A stretch of DNA of 64,000 bases from Polyangiaceae bacterium (GCA_965222375.1 CBDCTZ010000011.1:224001-288000), one strand, 5' to 3'; positions 1 through 7,966 are shown, counted from the first letter of the stretch. The notes: a model not told the origin generated them from the sequence alone. Made by a program: numbers and translations.

Positions 1-861
1 GCGTCGGTAGCCACGCCGACGGCACTGGCCTTGCTTGCCCGCCACAAACAGTCCGCTCCCGCGGTCTCCAAAGCTCACTATTCGCCTACGGACGCCGTGG
101 CTTTGTCCGTCCTTTTCAATGCCACGCTGACCGCCAACAAGAGCGAACTGGTTTGGACGGATCTGCATACGACGGACGCCAACAGCGGTTGGGGCATCGT
201 GGCGCGGACCGGGGATTCGGGCCAGGTGGCCTCACCCACTTGGTGGCATGACGGGACGACCATTGCGTACACCTCGGCGCCGGTTGCTTCGGAGGGGGTC
301 ATCACCCGCGTGACGGATGCCGACCCGCACATGGACATCTACACGGTGCCCTACAACAACAAGCAGGGCGGCAACGCGACGCCGCTTCCTGGCGCGAGCG
401 AGACCGGATTCTGGGAGTACTATCCGGTGATTTCCCCCGGGGACTCATTCCTTGCCTTCAACCGCTGCGCGCCTCGCAAAGAAGCCAATGGCAATTGGGC
501 TGACTCCTACAACGAGACTACCGGCGAGGTGTACGTCGTGCCTGCGAAGGGTGGCACCGCAACACGCCTCGAAGCCAACGATCCGCCGGCGTGCAGTGGC
601 CACGCGAGCCCAGGGCTCACGAACTCCTGGCCGCGCTGGGCGCCGACGGCGGAAGTTCACGATGGCAAGAGTTACTACTGGGTCGTGTTTTCGTCGATCC
701 GTCGCGCAGACAACAACCCGCAGTTGTTCATCTCTGGTGTGGTTGCGGACGCGACGGGCGCCATCGAGGCGACCTATCCCGCGCTCTACGTTGCCGCACA
801 GGTGGCCGGGGAGAACAACCACACGCCTGCTTGGGATTTCTTCCAGGTCGTGCCCCGCTGA
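1..861 (+). CDS. 5'-truncated TolB-like/PD40 beta-propeller secreted protein (C-terminal part)
   Basis: Frame +1 is open from base 1. PD40-like blade motifs: SPTWWHDGTTIAYTS, YYPVISPGDSFLAFNR, NSWPRWAP, YYWVVFSS, NHTPAW. Confidence 0.7.
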   Translation, partial: ASVATPTALALLARHKQSAPAVSKAHYSPTDAVALSVLFNATLTANKSELVWTDLHTTDANSGWGIVARTGDSGQVASPTWWHDGTTIAYTSAPVASEGVITRVTDADPHMDIYTVPYNNKQGGNATPLPGASETGFWEYYPVISPGDSFLAFNRCAPRKEANGNWADSYNETTGEVYVVPAKGGTATRLEANDPPACSGHASPGLTNSWPRWAPTAEVHDGKSYYWVVFSSIRRADNNPQLFISGVVADATGAIEATYPALYVAAQVAGENNHTPAWDFFQVVPR

Positions 862-906
862 CGCGTCGGCGGCGGAGATGCCGCCTGCTACACTTTCGGT
901 GCAGTC

Positions 907-1263
907 GTGGACGACAAAGACGTCGCAGAGGTTCAAGCTCGCTTAACGGCGCACCGCCGCGTGTACGCCCTGGTGTTATTCGGCTGCGCCGCTTACGTAC
1001 TAGGCGTGCTGCTCGGCCATCCGCGGATCGGTTTCGGCATGCTCGGCTGGCTATTGGTATCCGCCGGAACTGTGGCCATCATGCGCCGCGAGTCCTTGCA
1101 CCTCGAGAGCTGGGCACTGTCCAAGGACCGTCGCTCGAGCCTGGCCGCGCGGCTGGTGGGACCCGTATCCAAGCAGCGTGTGCTATCGAATGTAGCCACC
1201 GGCGTGTGCTTGATCGCGGCCGGTAGTTGGTCGCTGCACGTCGCGATCGTCCAACTGCAGTAG
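907..1263 (+). CDS. Small hypothetical membrane protein (about 3 TM segments)
   Basis: 118 aa ORF with hydrophobic segments VYALVLFGCAAYVLGVLLG, IGFGMLGWLLVSAGTVAI and VATGVCLIAAGSWSLHVAI; fills the gap between neighbours. Confidence 0.6.
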   Translation: MDDKDVAEVQARLTAHRRVYALVLFGCAAYVLGVLLGHPRIGFGMLGWLLVSAGTVAIMRRESLHLESWALSKDRRSSLAARLVGPVSKQRVLSNVATGVCLIAAGSWSLHVAIVQLQ

Positions 1264-1351
1264 CGCTGCGTGCGGCATTTCTTCGCCGCTGGCGCTGCGT
1301 TGTAATGCGCTGCGTAACTGCTAGAATTCCGTTAGAAAGGGCGTGAAGGGT

Positions 1352-2629
1352 ATGCGGGTTGCTTGGTTGTTGGCTTTGGGGGCTGGACTACTTGTCGTCG
1401 GCTGTGGCGGTAGTGACGAAGGCGGGCTGTTTGGTTCGAACCCGGATGGAGGTGCCACGGGTGGCAATTCTGGAACGGGCGCGTCCGGGACGGGTGCGTC
1501 AGCTGGCTCCGGAGCGGCTGCGGGCGCCGGTGGCGGTGCGGCGACGGGCGGCAGCGCGGGTACAGGCGGCGGCGCCGCGACGGGCGGTACGGCAGGCACG
1601 GGTGGCGGTGCGGCGACGGGCGGCGGCGCGGGCACCGGCGGTAGCGCGGGTTCGCCGACGGGCGGCACCGGCGGCGCTCTGGGCAAAGAAGACTGCACCA
1701 ATGGAGGCGATGACAACGGCGACGGAAAGGTCGACTGCGAGGACCCGCAGTGCACAGCGGACTATGTTTGCGCTCCTGCAGTGCCAGCAGGCTGGGAAGG
1801 AGTTGGCTTCGTCGACAAGCAGGCGCAGGTGGCTTGCCCGGTCGGCTTCGACCCCGCGACGCCGTTGTATGAAAAGTCTGGGCTCAAGGTGGATCCGCTG
1901 AGCTGTAGCTGCGCCTGCGGCAGTGCCTCCGGCGGACATTGTCAGGCGAGCCTAGCGTGCAATTCGGGTAACAGTGTGTGCACTGCGAGCTCAACGCCGG
2001 TCAGTTCTTGCACCACCAAGCCGATACCGAATCCAGGCGGTAACAATTCCTGCGACATCCTCGGGGTGAACGTCGTGGGCGGCTCCTGCAGCCCCCAGGT
2101 GAACTCCGTGGCCGCGCCGCCTCAGTGGTCGTCGTCGGCGAGGTTCTGCGCTCCGAAGGCTGGAACGACTTGCGGTGGCGGCTCGCAGAACTGCGTCGAA
2201 CGACTACCTGGTGCCGGCGCGCTGTGCGTATCCCAGGCGGGGGATCAAGCGTGTCCCGCAGGGTCGCCCTTTAGCAAGAAGACTCTGTATTTCGACGGCA
2301 ATGTGGTCGACACGCGCAGCTGCGACGCTAGCGGGTGCTCTTGCGGTGCCGCCTCGGGCGGAAGCTGTGGTTGCTTCTCGAGCACCTGTGGCGTCCGGAT
2401 CTCCAAGTACAACAACTGCTCGAGCCAGGGCACGTTGGCCACGATCCCCCCGAATGGAAACTGCGTTTCCTTCAAGGACGACCAGAGTGGCTCCGTCGAC
2501 GGACAGTGGGGCGTGCGGACCGTTGGGTTGGCGGTTTTCAACCAGGGCACCTGTCCTTCGGGTGGGTCCGCCAAAGCGACCGGCGAGGTCGCGCCCAGCG
2601 GGCCCGTCACCGTGTGTTGCATGCCGTAG
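1352..2629 (+). CDS. Gly-rich/Cys-rich lipoprotein
   Basis: Lipobox LVVG-C, GGTGG-type linker, DDNGDGKVDCEDPQC Ca-binding-like repeat, Cys-rich C-terminal region. Start may be GTG 1343 or ATG 1352. Confidence 0.8.
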   Translation: MRVAWLLALGAGLLVVGCGGSDEGGLFGSNPDGGATGGNSGTGASGTGASAGSGAAAGAGGGAATGGSAGTGGGAATGGTAGTGGGAATGGGAGTGGSAGSPTGGTGGALGKEDCTNGGDDNGDGKVDCEDPQCTADYVCAPAVPAGWEGVGFVDKQAQVACPVGFDPATPLYEKSGLKVDPLSCSCACGSASGGHCQASLACNSGNSVCTASSTPVSSCTTKPIPNPGGNNSCDILGVNVVGGSCSPQVNSVAAPPQWSSSARFCAPKAGTTCGGGSQNCVERLPGAGALCVSQAGDQACPAGSPFSKKTLYFDGNVVDTRSCDASGCSCGAASGGSCGCFSSTCGVRISKYNNCSSQGTLATIPPNGNCVSFKDDQSGSVDGQWGVRTVGLAVFNQGTCPSGGSAKATGEVAPSGPVTVCCMP

Positions 2630-2635
2630 CCGCGA

Positions 2636-3097
2636 TCAAGGCGCGGCCTTGGGTTGCACCGCGAAGGCGAATCGCTTCAGACCGGCCAAGCGCATCAAGT
2701 CCATCACGTTGACGATTCGGCCATACTGCGCCGCCTTGTCTGCGGCTATCACGACGCGAATGTCCGGCGACTGAGCTGCGCGCTCTTTGGCGTAGTCCGC
2801 TAGTTCTTGGTCGTTGCGCAAGACCTTGCCATCCACGGTCAACGTGCCGTCCTTGGCGACTTGAACCGCCAGGACCATTTCGTTCGGCTGGAAGCTCCCG
2901 CTTTCGGGCAACTCGTGCTCGATCAGTTCGGGCTCGGGCTTTGGGTCGGCTGCCTCTGCCTCGGGTTCCGCGTGTGGCGTGATGACGGTTGGAACCGGTG
3001 CGGCCGCCGCCGGAGGATTGCCGGAGCCACATCCGCAGAGTGCGACGGCTGCGCCGAGGCACAGCAGCTTGATTGGAAAAGTTGAGCCGGACCGCAC
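2636..3097 (-). CDS. ExbD/TolR-like periplasmic domain protein with lipoprotein-type N-terminus
   Basis: C-terminal VQVAKDGTLTVDGK...RVVIAADKAAQYGRIVNVMDLMRLAGLKRFAF is a typical ExbD/TolR domain; N-terminus LLCLGAAVALCG-C. Confidence 0.75.
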   Translation of the reverse strand: MRSGSTFPIKLLCLGAAVALCGCGSGNPPAAAAPVPTVITPHAEPEAEAADPKPEPELIEHELPESGSFQPNEMVLAVQVAKDGTLTVDGKVLRNDQELADYAKERAAQSPDIRVVIAADKAAQYGRIVNVMDLMRLAGLKRFAFAVQPKAAP

Positions 3098-3355
3098 GTG
3101 CCGAGGTCAGCACGTTCCAGGCTCGCGCACAAACGAGATCACGGGCTTGCAAGCGAGTCGGCTTGATGCGGGTTTCGTCGCAACCTGCGTGCAAGGCGTG
3201 CGCGCCAGTCGTGTCAATCTTGATAGGAGCTTTGCGCACGCCTTGCGCGTCTCGGAGGACCCATGCAGCGATACGTCAGCCCATTGGACCACAGTGCTAT
3301 CGAAGACCCCGCCGCCCAGGCGCCAGATTCGCCTGGACCATGCTCACAGGGTAAG

Positions 3356-5839
3356 ATGAGCGGTATGTCAGCTCGCTTCGCAAAATGGTCTTTGTCCCTA
3401 GGTGCAGTGGTCGTGGTGGCGTACTTTTCGCCAGGTTGCGGTGGTGACGAGGGTGGCAAGACCGTCGGCAATGGCGGCAGTGCGAACGCAAGTGGCAGCG
3501 GAGGCGGTGCTGCAGACGCGAGCATCAACCTCGACGGGAGTGGTGCCGCGGATGGTTCGGCCAGTTGCCCGGGAGGCTGCCCGGAAGGTCAGGTTTGCAT
3601 CAATGGCTTCTGCGTCACGCAGACGTCCTGCACAGATGACGACGATTGCCAGAACGATACCTATTGCGAACCGAGCGCGGGTTGCGTGCCCTGGGGCCAG
3701 CCGCCGACCAAGACCTTCGATCCCCTATGCCAGGTGGGAGGGCCGCCCGGTAACTTCGCTCCAACGGTGAAGTGTGAATTCACGACGCCGCCGGCCGGCG
3801 ACGCATTTCCCAATCATCGCGATGTGCAAGCGACGCCTATGGTCGTGAACTTCAACACCGGCGCCAGTGGCGTGCCCAGCATCGTGGCGCCGTTCACGGC
3901 CACCGTGGTCAGCAGCTACACCGAGGAGCTCGGGGTCATCCGCGTGTTGCGCGGAGACGATTGCACCCTGGAAGCCAACTTGGGTGGCGGCGAAAGCGGG
4001 CACCCTGGGTTCGTCGTGTCTTCTTCACCGGTCGCGGTTGGAGACCTAGATGGTGACGGCTCTGCGGAGGTCGTAGCTCGCGCCGCCGAAGGTCAGATGG
4101 TCGCCTTCACGAAGAAGGCTGGCAGTTGGTCGCGCCTGTGGCTCTCTCCCACGGCGGTGACCACGCCGTGTAACACGTCCAACCACCGCTGCGCCGCAGG
4201 TTGGGCCGGCCCGAGCATTCACGACATCGACGACGATGGCAAAGCCGAGGTCATCCTCGAGGGTGCCGTCATCAGTGGCGCGAATGGGTCCCTGGTCGCT
4301 GCCAACCCTGCGGGCTACGCCAGCTACAGCTCTGGGCTGAACCCCGTGCTGGCTAATCTGGATCAGGATCCGGCCATCGAGCTCACCAATGGCGCTAGCA
4401 TCTGGGAGTGGTCGGGCGGAGCTTGGGTCGCGGAGACCTATTACACGGGCGGAACCGCTGGTTTCGTGGCGGTTGCGGACTTTGGTGCCTACGGCGCGGC
4501 ACTCCCGGCTGACAACCCGGAAATCGCGACCGTCTCCGGCGGCTCGATCACGATCCGCGCGGCGGATGGCACCGTCATTCACGGGCCCATCGCGGTGCCG
4601 GGCGGTGGTGGCGGCGCGCCCACCATCGCCGACTACGACGGTGACGGCCTGCCGGAGCTGGGCGTGGCAGGCCAAGCGTTTCTGACCGTCTACGACATTG
4701 ACTGCGGCGCGAGCCCGCGCCCCAACGGCACCTGCAACAACACCAATGCCTGTGACGACGCTACCGGGACCCCGGGCGCCTGTCCGGCGGGGATCCTGTG
4801 GTCGCGCCGCACCCAAGATAACTCCAGCAACATCACCGGCTCCAGCGTGTTCGATTTCGAGGATGACGGTAAGGCCGAGGTCGTTTACGGCGACGAGTGT
4901 TTCGTGCGGGTCTACGACGGCACCGACGGCACGGTTCTGTTCAGTCAGTTTCGCTCGTCGTGCACTTGGTACGAAAACCCCATCGTCGCCGATACGGACG
5001 GAAACTTCCGTGCGGATCTAGTGACGCCGTCCAATCTGGCCTGCTCCGACGGAGTGAATGGCATCGGTTGCACCATGCTCACGGCCGATGGCGTGGACCA
5101 GCAGTTCCCAGGTGTGCGCTGCAAGGAGAACAAGGACTGTGTGTCCAACGTCTGCGACAACGGGTTGTGCCGCTGCACCGCCACCAGCGAATGTTGCGCG
5201 GCGGGCACGGATGCGGCGTGTTCCGATGAAGGCTTCAAGTGCGTGGCCCCGCCCGCCGGCACCCCCGGCAGCGGCAACACCTGTCGTGCGAGCCACCCCA
5301 AGGGCATTCAGGGCATTCGGGTTTACTCCGACGCCAACGACCGCTGGGTCCGCTCCCGCACGATCTGGAATCAGCACGCCTATCACGTCACTCACGTGAA
5401 CGAAGACGGCACCGTGCCTAAGACCAGCGCGTGGACCAAGAACTGGAAAGACCCAGATCTGAACAACTTCCGCCAGAACGTACCGGGCAATGCCAACGGC
5501 AAAGACAGCGCCGATGTGACCGCTGGCGTCGCGGGCTTCACCTGCGGTGGTGGCGGGGCCCTGCTCAATGCGCCGGTGTGCAACCGGGGCACGGCACCCC
5601 TCGGTTCAGGCGTCCCCGTTGGTTTCTATGACGGCACCACCCTGGTGTGCAGCACCAAGACCTCCAAGGCCCTACAGCCCGGCGAGTGCGAAACCGTGAG
5701 CTGCACCTGGGGCACTCCGCCCACCGCCGCCGCGACGGACATCAAGGTCGTGGCCGACGATGGCGACTCGAACAACGAGTGCAAAGAGGGCAACAACCTC
5801 GGCACGGTGTTCGGCGTCGTGTGTGAACCGCCGAAGTAG
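3356..5839 (+). CDS. FG-GAP/VCBS (integrin-alpha-like propeller) lipoprotein with Cys-rich inserts and C-terminal CARDB-like domain
   Basis: Repeated Ca-loops GDLDGDGSAEVV, DIDDDGKAEVI, ADYDGDGLPEL, DFEDDGKAEVV, ADTDGNFRADLV; WNQHAYHVTHV motif; C-terminal VCNRG...ECKEGNN; lipobox SPG-C. Start ATG 3356 or 3365. Confidence 0.85.
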   Translation: MSGMSARFAKWSLSLGAVVVVAYFSPGCGGDEGGKTVGNGGSANASGSGGGAADASINLDGSGAADGSASCPGGCPEGQVCINGFCVTQTSCTDDDDCQNDTYCEPSAGCVPWGQPPTKTFDPLCQVGGPPGNFAPTVKCEFTTPPAGDAFPNHRDVQATPMVVNFNTGASGVPSIVAPFTATVVSSYTEELGVIRVLRGDDCTLEANLGGGESGHPGFVVSSSPVAVGDLDGDGSAEVVARAAEGQMVAFTKKAGSWSRLWLSPTAVTTPCNTSNHRCAAGWAGPSIHDIDDDGKAEVILEGAVISGANGSLVAANPAGYASYSSGLNPVLANLDQDPAIELTNGASIWEWSGGAWVAETYYTGGTAGFVAVADFGAYGAALPADNPEIATVSGGSITIRAADGTVIHGPIAVPGGGGGAPTIADYDGDGLPELGVAGQAFLTVYDIDCGASPRPNGTCNNTNACDDATGTPGACPAGILWSRRTQDNSSNITGSSVFDFEDDGKAEVVYGDECFVRVYDGTDGTVLFSQFRSSCTWYENPIVADTDGNFRADLVTPSNLACSDGVNGIGCTMLTADGVDQQFPGVRCKENKDCVSNVCDNGLCRCTATSECCAAGTDAACSDEGFKCVAPPAGTPGSGNTCRASHPKGIQGIRVYSDANDRWVRSRTIWNQHAYHVTHVNEDGTVPKTSAWTKNWKDPDLNNFRQNVPGNANGKDSADVTAGVAGFTCGGGGALLNAPVCNRGTAPLGSGVPVGFYDGTTLVCSTKTSKALQPGECETVSCTWGTPPTAAATDIKVVADDGDSNNECKEGNNLGTVFGVVCEPPK

Positions 5840-5842
5840 TCT

Positions 5843-5903
5843 TTGTTGGTTTGGGGTCGGTTCGCGGGGGCAGGGTGGGCCACTACTCTCGTGCGGGGCC
5901 ATG
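5843..5903 (+). repeat. Dispersed intergenic motif, copy 1
   Basis: TTGTTGGTTTGGGGTCG-N21-CACTACTCTCG-TGCGGGGCCATG; related copies at 16646-16707 (-), 52912-52961 (+), 52995-53050 (-) and a degenerate one at 31580-31631 (+). Confidence 0.65.
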
Positions 5904-5924
5904 GCTTACGAGTTTACGAAGCGT

Positions 5925-6395
5925 GGGCGTGAGCGTGAGGGCGGGAGCGGGCGCGAGGGGGGGCGCGAGCGCGAGGGCGAGCGCGGGCGCGAGGGTGGGA
6001 GTGGGCGCGAGGGCGAGCGCGGGCGCGAGGGCGAGCGCGGACGCGAGGGGGGGCGCGAGCGCGAGGGCGAGCGCGGGCGCGAGGGTGGGAGTGGGCGCGA
6101 GGGCGAGCGCGGGCGCGAGGGCGAGCGCGGACGCGAGGGGGGGCGCGAGCGCGAGGGCGAGCGCGGGCGCGAGGGTGGGAGTGGGCGCGAGGGCGAGCGC
6201 GGGCGCGAGGGCGAGCGCGGACGCGAGGGGGGGCGCGAGCGCGAGGGCGAGCGCGGGCGCGAGGGTGGGAGTGGGCGCGAGGGTGGGAGTGGGCGCGAGG
6301 GTGGGAGTGGGCGCGAGGGCGAGCGCGGGCGCGAGGGCGAGCGCGGACGCGAGGGCGAGCGCGGGCGCGAGGGCGAGCGCGGGCGCGAGGGCGGA
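5925..6395 (+). repeat. G-rich low-complexity hexamer array with an exact 90-bp higher-order repeat
   Basis: Built from GAGCGC/GGGCGC/GAGGGC/GAGGGT/GGGAGT hexamers; 5952-6283 is an exact 90-bp period (about 3.7 copies), followed by 18-bp unit expansions. Confidence 0.95.
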
Positions 6396-6424
6396 GCCGA
6401 GAGTCAGTTAGCCGGGTGACCGTG

Positions 6425-6574
6425 GAGCTTTCCGCTGGTGAGTCTGATTCTGCCAGCGGGCTCGGTCGGTTCAAGGCCTTCGCCGGCTTCGCCGGTGGCT
6501 GCTGCGCAGCCAGCCTTGAGCCGACCTCGACCCGCTGGCGGTGGGGTGGTTTGTGTTTTGAAAGGAACTCACCA
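6425..6574 (+). ncRNA. Candidate structured 5' leader / cis-regulatory RNA of the four-helix-bundle gene
   Basis: 6452-6460 pairs with 6531-6539 (9 bp); 6464-6477 with 6513-6526 (14 bp, one G-U); inner hairpins 6483-6495 and 6496-6512; 6436-6443 TGGTGAGT is complementary to 6567-6574 ACTCACCA. Confidence 0.5.
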
Positions 6575-6897
6575 TGCTCCGTATCTATCCAGTCAGTATT
6601 CAGGTGGCTCGTGAAGTTCGGCCGTTGGCAGACCGAATAGCTCGCTTTGACCGAGCCGCCTCTGTGCAACTCCGCAAGTCTCTCGGCTCCATCGTCAACA
6701 ATCTCGCGGAAGGCTCAGGTTTGAGGGCAGGGCGGCGTCGGCTCGCCTATGAAATCGCGCTGGGCGAGGCGCGGGAAGCGCTGGCAACTCTCGAATTCGC
6801 CGAAGCCATGCGTTACGCGCCACCGGTGTCTCCCGAGTTGCGCGCTCGCTTCAACCACATCATCGGCACCCTCGTCAGAATCGTGCACCGCCCCTAG
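6574..6897 (+). CDS. Four helix bundle protein (23S rRNA IVS protein / Avd-like family)
   Basis: 107 aa, all-helical; family motifs QLRKSLGSIVNNLAEG and AYEIALGEARE; RBS AAAGGA upstream of the ATG. Confidence 0.85.
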   Translation: MLRIYPVSIQVAREVRPLADRIARFDRAASVQLRKSLGSIVNNLAEGSGLRAGRRRLAYEIALGEAREALATLEFAEAMRYAPPVSPELRARFNHIIGTLVRIVHRP

Positions 6898-6904
6898 ACG
6901 CTCG

Positions 6905-7205
6905 CGTGCACTAGTTCGCTCACGACGCGTCCGTTCTTAAGCAGCCAGGTTCACCAGCAGCGCGACCGGGGCCGGGGCTGGCCGGGGCCGGGGCTGGCCG
7001 GGGCCCCGGAGCGAGGGGGCGCGGCGGGGAAGCTTCCCCCGCGAACTGTACCTAGCGAAGCTCCGCGCGAGGCACGCGGAAAACAGGTCGCACGCGTGCC
7101 CCAATGACTCCGGCGCCATGGGATCGAGCGTGCCCACGCATAAACATCACACGTGCACCAACTCGTCCACGACGCGTCAGCTCTTTAGCAGCCACCTTCA
7201 CCAGC
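6905..7205 (+). repeat. Pair of 54-bp imperfect direct repeats (6905-6958 and 7152-7205)
   Basis: CGTGCAC-N9-CACGACGCGTC-N8-AGCAGCCA-N2-TTCACCAGC in both copies; 44/54 identical, ungapped. Confidence 0.85.
6966..7043 (+). repeat. 16-bp tandem repeat (CCGGGGCCGGGGCTGG x2.5) plus palindrome GGGGAAGCTTCCCC
   Basis: Units 6966-6981, 6982-6997 and partial 6998-7005; perfect 14-bp palindrome at 7026-7039. Confidence 0.85.
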
Positions 7206-7215
7206 TTGTCACGCT

Positions 7216-7731
7216 CTAGAATTGGCACTCGGCGACGCAGCTCGTGAAGATGCAGTCGCCGATGGCGTCGTCGAGGGCCTGAGCGGCGGGATGGGAGTTG
7301 TAGCAATTGTCCACGCAGGGGTCCTCGTTGCAGGCGTCGATGCATTTGGTCAAGGCGGCGCAGTCGGCGTTGGCGTTGCATGCGGCGATGGGGGCGGCGC
7401 ACTTCGCGGCGACGCAGTCGTCGCAGGGATCGCCGCTGGTGCCCGGGGCGCCACCGGCTCCGGCGCCGCCGAAGGAGTTTCCGCCCGCACCGGGGCTGCC
7501 GCCGCTTGAGGCCCCGCCGAGGTTGGAAGCTCCGCCTGAGGCGGTGGACCCACCACTGGCAGTGCCGCCGGTCGAGCTACCGCCGCTGATGCCGGAGGCT
7601 CCGCCGATGGGGGTGCCCGTCGGTGCGGTGCCACCGCTACCTAGCGTGTCGTCGGCTCCGCTTGCGCATCCGGAGATGGCGAACGCGATCGTCAACCATC
7701 CGATTCCTTGTCCTGGAAACGTGCGTTTCAT
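7216..7731 (-). CDS. Gly-rich lipoprotein with small Cys-rich C-terminal domain
   Basis: MKRTFPGQGIGWLTIAFAISG-C lipobox; Gly linker; CDDCVAAKC...CIFTSCVAEC. Confidence 0.8.
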   Translation of the reverse strand: MKRTFPGQGIGWLTIAFAISGCASGADDTLGSGGTAPTGTPIGGASGISGGSSTGGTASGGSTASGGASNLGGASSGGSPGAGGNSFGGAGAGGAPGTSGDPCDDCVAAKCAAPIAACNANADCAALTKCIDACNEDPCVDNCYNSHPAAQALDDAIGDCIFTSCVAECQF

Positions 7732-7966
7732 GATCCCGGACGACTGCGAACCGCATGCCAACCCACGTCTCCCAGCGCCTGTCTCGATTTGCAGCGTGGG
7801 TCGAGCAGTGATGTCCGGACACCCGCAACCCGCGAGGTGTCTTGCGTCCGGACCGGCGGGGCCAAGCCGATGCGATCAGAACGAAATGAGCTGGTTATTG
7901 CCGTCGAAGGGCTTGGCCCAGGTTCAGATTCAGGCTGCGGTACGCCGGTTGCAGAGGCATTCCAGC

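Noticed and set aside
5952..6283. CRISPR array
   Set aside because: Contiguous tandem units with no unique spacers, and no cas genes in the window.
5760..6669. ORFs through the G-rich array (GRE-, ARA- and PRA-repeat peptides on both strands)
   Set aside because: They are open only because the hexamers lack stop codons. There is no clear RBS or domain. The 5901-6419 ORF cannot be fully excluded but is not called.
6574..6897. Diversity-generating retroelement (Avd-like gene)
   Set aside because: No reverse transcriptase. The mismatches between the 54-bp repeats are not confined to adenines on either strand, so they are not a TR/VR pair.
7055..7105. Possible sixth copy of the dispersed motif (minus strand CCGCGTGCCTCGCGCGGAGC)
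   Set aside because: Only the 3' block resembles the degenerate copy; GGGTCG is missing at the 21-nt spacing.
6400..7200. 23S rRNA intervening sequence
   Set aside because: No rRNA-like sequence flanks the gene.
6905..7205. Integron attC sites
   Set aside because: No RYYYAAC...GTTRRRY core-site arrangement and no integrase.
7307..7966. Long N-terminal extension of the 587-aa trypsin ORF
   Set aside because: It is the antisense of the Gly-rich lipoprotein gene; the signal peptide starts at ATG 7967.
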